The position numbers were made by a program, and so were the translations under genes. Positions 36,313 through 47,954 of a DNA stretch of 64,000 nt are shown one piece after another. The stretch covers positions 6,138,001 through 6,202,000 of the forward strand of contig NC_042999.1 of NCBI RefSeq assembly GCF_006345805.1, written 5' to 3'. The stretch is from Octopus sinensis (taxonomy: Eukaryota). The notes beneath the pieces are model-generated. The model saw only the letters and a list, made by a program, of their open reading frames with translations, did no database searches and was not told the origin of the DNA. How positions within the stretch are numbered: the stretch's first letter is position 1; each line of letters starts with the position of its first letter.

Positions 36313-37044
36313 GCCATTCTCACTATAGCAGGAACATGATGTGATGGGGTTAAGGACTTAAGCTTCTGAATAACAGTAAAAACCCATCTCACAGAAGTCA
36401 GTTACCTTAGACTCCCCACTTTCCTTTGTTATACATACAAGAAATCCAAAGAAATGCTAAATTATATCCATAAACATTCTAACCATCCCAAGACATTTTA
36501 TTAGCTACTTTATCCCTGATGTACACATGCTTCTCCCTGACTCATCTTTTTAAGCATGTCTCTTCAAACCCCTCAGAGTCTCAATGTACCAAATTCCATA
36601 AGTGGGTCATTCGTAGCAATGTAACATCTATTTAAGTGAAAAACAGGGTTCTACAATGCCTGGAGTACTTCAACAACTCACCAAAGAATGGGTGGCATTC
36701 ATCCAGTAACACAACTATTGTTAAGACAACTCTCTAGTATGCAAAAAATACATTTGTGCATCATTTGGCCCTCAAACTCTTTCACCTCTCAACCTGCAGC
36801 TGATCTTATTCATCCCTTACCAAAAGAATCTCCACCAACTTCACAGAATGTTTTCCCTTCTCTTCAAAACAATAATGACTTTGTAACCAATATCCTTCTC
36901 CATCCCTGCCAAAAGTCCACTTTACACCCGACTCCACCCCATTTCTACCCCAAGTCACACCAGCAGGTTCACACACATCAAATGTTGATACACTCCCAGT
37001 TGCTTTAAACAAACAAGATCACTAACCCTGACAATATCCTTTCT

Positions 37045-37520
37045 TATTTCTTTATTGCCCACAAGGGGCTAAACCTAGAGGGGACAAACCAGGACAGACA
37101 AAGGGATTAAGTCAGTTACATTGACCCCAGTGCATAACTGGTACTTAATTTATCAGCGAGCTGGCAGAAATGTTAACACGCCAGGCGAAATACTTAGCAG
37201 TATTTCGTCTGTCGCTATGTTCTGAGTTCAAATTCTGCCGAGGTCGACTTTGCCTTTCATCCTTTTTGGGTCGATTAAATAAGTACCAGTTACGCACTGG
37301 GGTCGATATAATCGACTTAATCTGTTTGTCTGTTATTGTTTGTCCCTTCTGTGTTTAGCCCCTTGTGGGTAGTAAAGAAATAGGTACTTAATTTATCAAC
37401 CCTGAAAGGATGAAAGGCAAAGTTGACCTCAGCAAAATTTGAACTCAGAATGTAAAGACAGACAAAAAACTGCTGAGCATTTCACCCCGCATGCTAATGT
37501 TTCAGCCAGCTTGCCGCCTT
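37045..37520. mobile_element. Family A (+) copy 37155-37383 nested inside a family A (-) copy
   Basis: GGTACTTAATTTATC duplicated on both sides of the inner copy. Confidence 0.8.
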
Positions 37521-37579
37521 TCTATTTCTCACCAAACTCATCCTCTATGTGGATATACTCTGATATTTAGCATTTGTAT

Positions 37580-38150
37580 ACCTCAATGTCCCATTCCAAA
37601 GAAAAGCAACCCCTGTGGCCCAACCAACCAACCATCACCCTTATTGTTCTCACCCCTAACATCTCTGAGGTTCTGTAGACAGCCATTAACAGTGATATTC
37701 TTCAATATCTTGAACCTCTTTCCCACTCTTCACTGACCAACAGAACAGCAGAGCCAAATCCATGAGTGACCTTCCCTCCTATGTCACTCACCAATGGGAT
37801 CTCACTTTCAAAGCAATGTAGTGACCCTCCCATCTGCAATGCCTTCACCTGCATCTCACACGCAAATCCCCCATCAAAATCTCCCACCTGTAGATTCCAC
37901 TCATCTCTTCTTCCTTCCATTGGTAGCATCCTGTCAGCTTGTGTCAACAAATCTCTTTCTGCCCCGCTCTTGCTCAATTCTGATGCTCTTCAGGGTTCTG
38001 CTTTGTTCCTCCCTCTCTTCTATTCCTTCTATACTTCAGTAATCTTCTTGCCTCTACATCCATTCTTATGCAGACAACACAATCCCTCATTCTTCCCCAT
38101 TATTCCATCACCCCCTGCTCCCCATAACCCATTTACCTCATTCCTGCATT
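37580..38150 (+). mobile_element. Strongly decayed Jockey/CR1-superfamily RT fragment
   Basis: Remnant motifs PIPKKSNP (cf. PIPKKG..NYRP) and NSDALQGSALF (cf. NSGVPQGSVL). Confidence 0.55.
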
Positions 38151-39029
38151 GATTCCATAAACCAAAATCTTGAGAGCCTGTTCCCTCTTGTGGGGCCATG
38201 CCAACCTTCTTTCTTTTTACAGCAAAAAACTCAACAACTGGCGTTACCCGTGCATGAGCATCCTGCCTCTATCTCAAGACTGGGCCTAATTACCAATATA
38301 TTCTCTACACTGCACCCAGCCAAAAGAAACTCTTAAAGAGGGTTTATTAAAAATTATAAGAAACCTATCCATATGAGGAAAATGTTTATCCACTAAGCTA
38401 AGGAAGATTTTGCTCATACAAATTTTTATGTTTAAGGTAAAGAGGGGTGTAAGCCACAAGGTTTTCTGATGACATTTCCTCTTGGAGAGGTTCCAACCAG
38501 GGGATTTTAATGAGAATTCATCTAGCGTCGCCTTACTGGCACTTGTGCCCGTGCTAGTAGGGTGCCAAGAGCACCATCCGAGTGTGATCGTTGCCAGAGC
38601 AGCCAACTGTCTTCTGTGCCAGTGGCACGTAAAAGGGCACCAGTCGAGCACGATCGTTACCAACGTCGCCTTACTGGCACCTGTGCCAGTGGCATGAGTA
38701 AAAAGATTCAAGCAAGGTCATTGCCAGGACTGCCTGACTGGCCCCCATGCCGGTGGCATGTAAAAAGCACCCACTCCACTCTCGGAGTGGTTGGCGATAG
38801 GAAGGGCATCCAGCTGTAGAAACTCTGCAAGATCAAGATTGGAGCTTGGTGCAGCCATCTGGTTCGCCAGTCCTCAGTCAAAATCGTCCAACCCATGCTA
38901 GCATGGAAAGCGGACGTTAAACGATGACGAGCTGTCTCAAAGTTGAAGTAGAAAACTGAACTTCTGCAAAGCAACCATTCTGCAATAAATTTCTCTCAAA
39001 TTCTAAATCTTTCTCTTTCTTCAAACTTG

Positions 39030-40145
39030 TAGTCTTGGGATGACCTCAACCTTAGATAAACGACTCCTATTGCAACCTTGGGACAACCAATATTTTCAGT
39101 GACTATTTTTTATTCTTTGTTCCTTTACCAGTGAGCAAGATCTGCATTTGATATTTTTTAATGTATGCTTTGGGCAACCAAGATCTTCATTTACTAAATT
39201 CTATCGTAAGCCTGGAATAATCAAGAATCTTGGTTTCATTCTTTTGTTTTGTAGCATTGGGACTCCCTGGACCTTGGTTTTCTGCCTTCTCTTGTAGCCT
39301 TCATCATCATTGTTCGACCGTGGTCAAGACAATGGAATTTACTGTTACGCCAGACTTCACGGTCCATCATGGCATTACGGAGGTCCTGTTGCTGGATGCC
39401 TGTATCCCTGGAGATTACATCAGGGTAGGAGAGTGTGCGCCCTCTGGTATCGCGAGCAGATGGCTTCCAGAGGAGAAGAGTAGAAATTACCTCGTTTTCA
39501 GCTCTACAACAATGTCCAGCAAACTGGACTCTTCTACCTTTCACAAGAGATGACACAGGTGGTAGTTTCCCATATATTTGTACTTTGGTTGGATGGCGCT
39601 TCCACGAGAGATTTTGAGCTCTCATAAGGAGGCGAGTGTAGGTTCCATCCAACCGCCCCTCAAGCTTCTTTGATAACGTCCAGGTTTCTGAGCCATAATG
39701 TAGAATTGGTTCAACTGTGGCTTTGAAGATTTTAATGGGGTCACTAAAACCTTGGTTTGTTGTCTTTTCCCCCTTGACTTGAGATGACCGAGACCTCAGT
39801 TTACTGACTTTTTCTGCTTACATGGGATGACCAAAACCTTTTTATTGATATTCTTTAGACTTGGGATGACCAACACTTTGGTTTCCTGATCTTTTTTTTT
39901 TTTTGGTAGTCTCATGAGGACCAAAACCTCATTTCACCAACTTCTTTCTGGAGACATTGAATGGCCAAAACCTTTTATTGATCATCTTTAGAACTTGAGA
40001 TGACAAAGACCTTGGTTTATGAACTTTTTCTCCATAACCTTGGGATGATCAAGATCTTAGTTTATTGATTTTTTTGTAGCCTTTGGATGACCAAGAACCT
40101 CATTTATGGTCATTTGTTGAAGCTTGGGATGACCAACACCTTGGA
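39030..40145. repeat. Degenerate 39-51-bp minisatellite (~16 units), interrupted by an RTE fragment
   Basis: Recurring core CTTGGGATGACCAAGACCTTGGTTTATTGA with T-rich linkers. Confidence 0.8.
39301..39745 (-). mobile_element. 3' fragment of a different RTE-type LINE with (TGA)n tail
   Basis: VEPILHYGSETWTLSKKLEGRLDGTY..FAGHC..DREVWR, then the tail; inserted into a minisatellite. Confidence 0.8.
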
Positions 40146-40407
40146 CTTCTAGCGTAGTCATTGTTTGACTAACACACTCCTCTGTGTTGTAATACAACCT
40201 CAATGTTAAGTTGAAGACCAAAACTACCTTTTGATATATATATTTATTTATGCATGTGTCTTTGTCTGTATTTGTCTCCATAACTTAGCAGTTTGGCAAA
40301 TATATATATATACACAGGGAGAGTTTACGAAAAAAACAAAAGACGAAGACAGGTGGTGTAGAAAACAAACAGATGTATTAGTATAATGCTCAGGAATAGA
40401 AAAAGTA

Positions 40408-40441
40408 TTTTACGTTTCGAGCCTACGCTCTTCTTCAGAAA
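40408..40441 (-). ncRNA. Minimal hammerhead ribozyme motif in a Penelope-like repeat (40318-40500)
   Basis: UUU-CUGAAGA-A-GAGC(GUAG)GCUC-GAAA-CG-UA^-AAA; palindromic ACGU stem III; stem I only 3 bp. Confidence 0.65.
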
Positions 40442-40497
40442 GGGACACAGAAAAAACAAGGAGAGAAAAAAATGTGTGTAGTGGTTAACAGTCTATC

Positions 40498-40533
<36 letters not shown>

Positions 40534-41015
40534 GGCAGTACTCCAGAAAGGCATATGTGGTTGATCAAAGCCGGGTGGATTCATTATTTTTTTTCTCTTT
40601 GCCTACGTGAATTAAGAGTATTGCTGTCTGGGAGATATCTTATGGTAGAGGAATAGTATTTAACTGCTATTTCTAAATTTTGGTATGTGATGAGGCAATT
40701 TGCTGAACCCTAATTATAATTATGCTTATAATTATAGAATTTTTACATAAGGTTAACAATAAAGGCTCTTTTAACATACCGAACTACTTGGCAAAATTAT
40801 TAATTAATTAATTTTACCCTTAATTATATATATATATAATATAAGGCGCAGGAGTGGCTGTGTGGTAAGTAGCTTGCTTACCAACCACATGGTTCCGGGT
40901 TCGGTCCCGCTGTGTGGCATCTTGGGCAAGTGTCTTCTGCTGTAGCCCCGGGCTGACCAATGCCTTGTGAGTGGATTTGGTAGACGGAAACTGAAAGAAG
41001 CCTGTCGTATATATG

Positions 41016-41048
<33 letters not shown>

Positions 41049-41695
41049 TTGTGTGCCTGTGTTTGTCCCCCTAGCATTGCTTGACAACTGATGCTGGTGT
41101 GTTTACATCCCCGTAGCTTAGCGGCTCGGCAAAAGAGACCGATAGAATAAGTACTGGGCTTACAAAGAATAGGTCCCGGGGTTGATTTGCTCGACTAAAG
41201 GTGGTGCTCCAGCATGACCACAGTCAAATGACTGAAACAAGTAAAAGAGAGAAAGAGATATATTCAAGCGAGGTTGTTGCCAGTGCCGCTGGACTGGCTC
41301 CCGTGCAGGTGGCATGTAAAAAGCACCATTTGAGCATGGCTGTTGCCAGTACCACCTGACTGGCACCTGTGCAGGTGGCATGTAAAAAGCACCCACTACA
41401 CTCTCGGAGTGGTTGGCGTTAGAAAGGGCATCCAGCTGTAGAAACTCTGCCAGATCAGATTGGAATCTGGTGCAGCCATCTGGCTCGCCAGTCCTCAGTC
41501 AAATCGTCCAACCCATGATAGCATGGAAAGCGGACGTTAAACGATGATGATGTATGTATATATGTATTCAATGGGCTTCTTTCAGTTTCCATCAACCTAA
41601 GTCTTTGGCTCTCCTGAGACTTTAGTAGAAGACTCTTGCCCAACTATGTGGCTCAGAAGCAAGCTTCTTACCACACAGCCACTCCTGAACCTCCA

Positions 41696-42790
41696 TATGA
41701 GGGTGTACCGAAAGGTAACCTGAAATGTTCTCTGTGGGACAAGCCCATTGTAGATCAGGCTTCCACCACTAGAAGCCACTTGATGCAACCCTCAGGCATC
41801 AGTCTACTAATGGTATTGTCAAGTGGGGTCATACTGCCATGTGGTTCATTTTTGTTTTGCAGTGCTTCTCCCCTGTTTGTCGATTTTTGCAATGGCTGAA
41901 ATGAAGGAACAGCATGCTTCTGTGAAATTCTGTTTTCTCCTGGGGAAAACGGCAACTGAAACAGTTGACATGCTTCAAACAGCTTACAAGGATACTGCCA
42001 TGAGCAAAACACAAGTTTACAAGTGGTTTCCATGCTTTAGGAATGTTCACTTGTCGCTTGAAGACCATCTTGTTCAGGCCAACCGTTGACATCCCAAAGG
42101 AATGAAAACATCACGAAAATTCATGAACTGACTGACCTTCGAGGACCATTACTTATTTCTTTACTACCCACAAAGAGCTAAACATAGAAGGGACAAATAA
42201 AGACAGACAAAGGGATTAAGTCGATTACATCGACCCCAGTGTGTAACTGGTACTTAATTTATCGACCCTGAAAAAATGAAAGGCAAAGTCAACCTTGGCG
42301 GAATTTGAACTCAGAACATAACGGTAGACAAAATACCGCTAAGCATTTCGCCTGGCGCGCTAATGATTCTGTCAATTGATGAACGTGTTGATATGACCGG
42401 TGTGTCTTGGAGCTCCAGCCAACGAATTTTAAGCTAGGAATTGTGAATGAAAAGAGTTGTAGCAAAATTTGTGCCTCGCTTGCTCACGGAAGATCAAAAG
42501 CAGTCACGACTGAATGCATGTGGTGAAATGAAAGAACAGATGGAAGTTGATGTGGACCTTTTTTTCAAAGGTCATAACTGGTGACAAAAGCTGGTGCTAC
42601 AGAATTTGCAGATGTGGAAGAGGTGGAAGAAAAAAATTGATGGAGACGTTAAAAAGAATCATTTCACAAGAATTCCAGCATTGCCTCAAATGGAGAATAC
42701 TTTGAAGGCAATAAAAGTGTGAACATGTAAAACTAAGTGACTAAAATAATATAGCAAAATTCCAGTTTCTTTTGGGTACCTCCTCTTGTA
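41696..42790 (+). mobile_element. Internally deleted mariner transposon (contains a family A SINE at ~42150-42375)
   Basis: Degenerate TIRs with TA ends; MKEQHASVKFCFLLGKTATET..QVYKWF and KFVPRLLTEDQK..KVITGDKSW. Confidence 0.85.
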
Positions 42791-43070
42791 AAGGTTTTAA
42801 TCCTTTCTGCTTTCCTCGCATACTGTTTTTCTCTGTTATCTTGGTGCGGTATGGTAGATAAATTTAAGACTTTAGCTCTTATTTCTAGCAGGTGGATGCT
42901 TGTTAAGCATCCTTACGGTTCATGTAAATTTATAATTCATGGCTATTTAATGCTATTACGCCTGCGATCCACCTGTCACTGCTGGTGATATTGTCAATAT
43001 AAAAAAATTTATCCACAGACGATATGGACAGTAGTGACATCTGATTTCAAATCTGTGTTGGAATGTTTTG

Positions 43071-43125
<55 letters not shown>

Positions 43126-43202
43126 GTTAATCCAAACATGAAAACACAACGCGAGGACGTGGAACAAATATAGTATTATTGGACGCTCAGGAAAGAAGGA
43201 GG

Positions 43203-43237
43203 GTTTAACGTTTCGAGCGGAGCTCTTCGTCGGAAAC
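43203..43237 (-). ncRNA. Hammerhead-like motif (U4C core variant) in a Penelope-like repeat (43125-43305)
   Basis: GUUU-CCGACGA-A-GAGC(UCC)GCUC-GAAA-CG-UU^-AAAC. Confidence 0.55.
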
Positions 43238-44419
43238 ATAGAAGGAAAGATCCAGAGAAGGGAAGACAGAGGAAAAAAAAATCGCCAACGGTACACACGA
43301 GGTCACACACACACACACATATATATATATTAGAAGGTTTGGAGATGATGTACAGGTATTTTATATTAGAAGAAATGAGGTATTCAGAAATCTGGATGGT
43401 TTTATATTTACAGATATTTATTGGTATGTTACATGTTTTTATACATCATATATCATTTTCGTCCATTCTAGTGGAGTCTTCAAATTGAACTATATATATA
43501 TATATATATATCACCCAGCACACTCTGTTAAGTTGTTGGCGTCAGGAAGGGCATCCAGCCGTAGAAACCACGACTCAACAGACACAGCTGGAGTCTGGAC
43601 AGCTCCCTGTCAAATCATCCAACCCATGCCAGCATGGAAAGCGGACGTTAAATGATGATGATGATGGTGATGATACGTTCTCTTATTTGTTTCAGTCATT
43701 CGACTGTGGCCATGCTGGAGCATCGCCCTGAAGGGTTTTTGTTGAACAAATCAACCTGAAGACTTATTCTTTGTAAGCCTAGTACTTATTCTATTGGCCT
43801 TTTTAGCCGAACCGCTATGTTAAACGTACCAGCATCGGTTGTCAAGTGATGATGGTGGGGAGAACAAACACACATATATATACGACGGGTCTCTTTCAGT
43901 TTCCGTCTACCAAATCCACTTGGTCGGCTCGAGGCTATAGTAGAAGACGCCCAGCCCAAGGTACCACACAGTGAGACAGAACCCGGAACCATGTGGTTTG
44001 TAAGCAAGCTACTTACCACATATATATATACTCTTTTACTTGTTTCAGTCATTTGACTGAAACAAATAAAAGTCATGCTGGAGCACCGCTTTTAGTCGAG
44101 CAAATCGACCCCAGGACATATTCTTTGTAAGCCTGGTACTTATTCTATCGGTCTCTTTTGCCGAACTGCTAAGTTACAGGGACATAAACACACCAGCATC
44201 GGTTGTCAAGTGATGTTGGGGGTGGGACAAACACAGACACACAAACATATACACACACATATATACGACGGGCTTCTTTCAGTTTCCGCCTACCAAATCC
44301 ACTCACAAGGCTTTTGTCGGCCCGAGGCTATGGTAGAAGACACTTGCCCAAGGTGCCACGCAGTGGGACTGAACCCGGAACCATGTGGTTGGTAAGCAAG
44401 CTACTTACCACACAGCCAA

Positions 44420-44565
44420 TATATATATATTAAATATATGAATATAGACATATAATTATATCTATGTATATCTAATTTTTTAAATATATATTAATACATA
44501 TTATTGTACATGTGTGCGTGTGTATGTATATAGATATATATATTATATATAAATTATATATACAT

Positions 44566-44652
<87 letters not shown>

Positions 44653-44690
44653 TATATATATGGTCAAACTATATATACATACATATATAT

Positions 44691-44722
<32 letters not shown>

Positions 44723-44745
44723 GTATAAACATACAGATAGATAGA
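44420..44745. repeat. (TA)n/(CA)n low-complexity tract (similar at 2310-2425, 2760-2890, 40490-40530, 43073-43124, 58380-58407)
   Basis: Direct reading. Confidence 0.95.
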
Positions 44746-44936
44746 AGAAAAGTAGAGGGGATTAACAAATCCAGGCAGATATAAAAAAAAGACTCAACGT
44801 TAAAACGAATTTGGTTAACGATATGAATCAGTTACCAATAAATTCATGTAGAATAAACATCCCAGGTAATTCCTCATGAATGACAAGGTAATCCAAAATA
44901 TTGTTTAGAAGAATTTCAAGAAAGTCAGAGTAAAAG

Positions 44937-45082
44937 ACAACAAAAATAAGAATGGAGAAAAATTACATCTTTAATTGGCGATTCCACCACACAGTATTGA
45001 CGATCGTTTCTGCTGTGTTGGTATTGTATAAGTGGAATCATCAATTAAAGATGTAATTTTTCTCCATTCTTATTCTTGTTGT
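44937..45082. repeat. Inverted repeat, ~50-bp arms
   Basis: ACAACAAAAATAAGAATGGAG..GATTCCAC / GTGGAATC..CTCCATTCTTATTCTTGTTGT. Confidence 0.9.
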
Positions 45083-46729
45083 ATACACACACACATATGT
45101 TTATTACTCCTGGGTTTAAGTATAAAAATTGCACCCTTATGTCGAGCCATGTCGAGCTAGAGTGACAGAGTAGGCTCATCAAAATCAAACCAGTTATGAT
45201 CTCAAACCATTCTCTGGTGGAGAAAACTTAGTGAAGCCTTCGTCCTGCAGAAGACTAAATGAACACGGGCAATCCATACATAGATACACATATATATGCA
45301 AACATCAGAAAGTTTAATAGAAACCTTTCGACAATTCGAAGTCATTTCAAACTTTGGCGCTCTTTTCCCCCCTACACAAAGTATTGAATAGCTTTTCAGA
45401 CGGAAACATAAACACAAAATTTATTTTTATAAATTCTTATTTCTTATTCATTTTTTTAAGTAAAATTACTGAAATAAATTATTATTTAATAAAACCATAT
45501 TTTCTATAACAAAATATGATTTATTTTCAATTCGCCGATCATCAATTATTCACCCAATTAAAAGAGTACCGAGTCATTTTGCTTGGACTCAATTAAGGCA
45601 ACTTCCTTTCCAAGTTGTTGCTGTGGTGGTGTTCAGATCTCCAAATATGTAAGTTAGCAACGAAGTTGGATTTATTTGTACTAACATTTAATAATTAATT
45701 GTCTATTGATTAATATACAGCATTGGTTGGTATACTAACCATAAAACAACTTCAAAGCCACAAGAAAACTTTACTTTAGAAGATTTACATTGAAAAAAAT
45801 CTTTCTTAACTCGTGGGAGTTCAACCGGATTATAAATTAAAATCTATAAAGTTTATATAATTTCTAATTAATCTATTTTCTCCAATAATTAATAACTTTA
45901 ATCTGTGTCATCTTTAATAATAATAATAATGAAGTTAGTTTACGTGAATTAATATTGTGTTATTTTTGTATTTTTAATTATCTTTGGGTCCAATTAGAAA
46001 GTTTCACCGAAAGTAATCGAGGTTTTAAAGATTCTAATATTTTGCCAGAAATGTTTTTAATTAATGAGGAAATTTTATGTTTTCGAATATAAATTTCGAC
46101 ATTTTCACACATTTACCTATTTTTCTTACAGAAACTTCCCGAACATAACTTTTATTCAACATTTGTACTTTTATTGCTCTTTCGTCTTTAAACGTGGATT
46201 TAAAAAAAAAAAAAACTCGTATCTTTTAAAACTTTTCAAATTATTTTTTCCCGGTTTTTAATTTCAAAGTTCATTCAGCAATTTACAAAGCAAAAAATAT
46301 TTTCAGAAATTAAGATTCTTATTCGTTTTTATTTGAAGTGTTTTCAAATTATATTATTTTCTATTATAAGTTATAATTTCCGATAGATTTCGGTTTTTCG
46401 CTTTAAATATCCAGACTTTGGTTCCAATTTCTAAACCAAGTCCAACACATGTTGCCCCCCCCCTTTCAGGTCATAAAAAGTTTCGATAAACCAATGTGAA
46501 AGTAATTTCTTTAGAATTTGGCAAATATTTCTGTGTTCTGTTGATTCCTTTCACATTTAAACACTTGTACACTTTACGAACTTTATTAAATACTAACATT
46601 TTTTTCTTTCTATTAATTCTAATATTTAAGACTAAACTTTAGTTTCATTTCTTCTTGGCCGAGGCACTGCGCCATTTTTGGCTCTAATCCAAGTTCTTCA
46701 ACCAAATTCGCGTCTCCCTACAAGCCACA

Positions 46730-46746
46730 ATGGCTAGGCTACGACA
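46730..46746 (+). other. Candidate upstream EEF1D exon end (ATGGCTAGGCTACGACA|gtaata)
   Basis: Strong Kozak context ccacaATGG; splicing to 50833 is in frame (MARLRQT+MCSV). No transcript evidence. Confidence 0.3.
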
Positions 46747-47038
46747 GTAATAGTTCCTTCAAAGCCTGCCCTAATTGTATCATTTCTACCTTACCCCAAA
46801 AATGGGGTTCGTGACTGTGTTTGGTCATAAGTCTAGTCAGGCTGAGTTGGGGGTTAAATTATAGTAACACGTAGACAAGAACAAACTTGAAAATAAAACA
46901 TATGGGTACAACTACAGTTTAGTGCCCCGTTGATTTTTGTTACATAACTTTCTGAAAATTTCCTATTTTTAATGTAAGTTTACAGATACGTTTTCGAGAA
47001 TGTAGATTACAATTATGTTCATAAAATTTAGGTTGAAA

Positions 47039-47240
47039 GGATCTTTTCACTTAGACCGGCAGATTTTAAAAATAATTTCTTTGTAACTAAACACTTTTAA
47101 ACTTCGTATACTGGTAGAATGTGTCACATAAAACCTCTTTTTCTCTTGCCATGTGACACATACTACCAGTTTACGAAGTTTAAAAGTGTTAGTTACAAAG
47201 AAATTATTTTAAAAATCTGCCAGTCAAAGTGAAAAGATCC
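47039..47240. repeat. Inverted repeat, ~90-bp arms, 21-nt spacer
   Basis: GGATCTTTTCAC..GTGTCACAT / ATGTGACAC..GTGAAAAGATCC. Confidence 0.9.
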
Positions 47241-47621
47241 ACAAAGGATTCTTCAAGGAGTTTTGTATCCTTTTCCCTTCCCTATTTTTTCTTCCGACTT
47301 TGTCGTCACCAATATGACTGTAGCATTTGCCATTTTTTTCTTCCCAGATTTCTCTATCAAATATCAACATTATATAAGCTACATTGTCAAATTTCATTTT
47401 TTTAAAAATATGTATTTTCAGAAACTTATGGAAAATAAGTGGACCCTAACTCTTAAACTGCGGTTATTTTATGTAATAACTTTGTAAAGCAACACAGTAA
47501 AAAAAACTTATGCTAAAATTATTTCTCTAATTTTGATTTAAATCTTAAAAAAGTAAGGATAAAGCTTTGGTGTGTGTGTGTATGTATATATATATATATT
47601 ATAGATAGATAGATAGATATA

Positions 47622-47877
47622 CTGTGAAATATAACGTTTTGAATGACACAATGCAGAGTGGACTATAATAACTTATAATTTAATTATTCATTGTCTAATA
47701 TATTTCAGAATAAAAAAAAAAAAACCGGTTATAGGAGTGACTCGATCAATTCCCAGCAATGTCTGAAGAAGGTTTTTTTATATTCCGAAATATATCAGAC
47801 AATGAATAATTAAATTATAACAGTTATTATAGTCCACTCTGCATTGTTGGCCATTCGAGACATGTTATATTTCACAG
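47622..47877. repeat. Inverted repeat, ~105-bp arms, with hammerhead-like core
   Basis: CTGTGAAATATAAC..AAAACC / GGTTTT..GTTATATTTCACAG; CTGAAGAA ends the spacer. Confidence 0.85.
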
Positions 47878-47914
47878 GCAATATACAATGCTTCCAGCGA
47901 ACTACAATACTCTT

Positions 47915-47954
<40 letters not shown>

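Noticed and set aside
46615-46680. Minus-strand AAAATGGCG start (MAQCLGQEEMKLKFSLKY*)
   Set aside because: Only 18 codons and no good donor; better explained as a YY1-like motif
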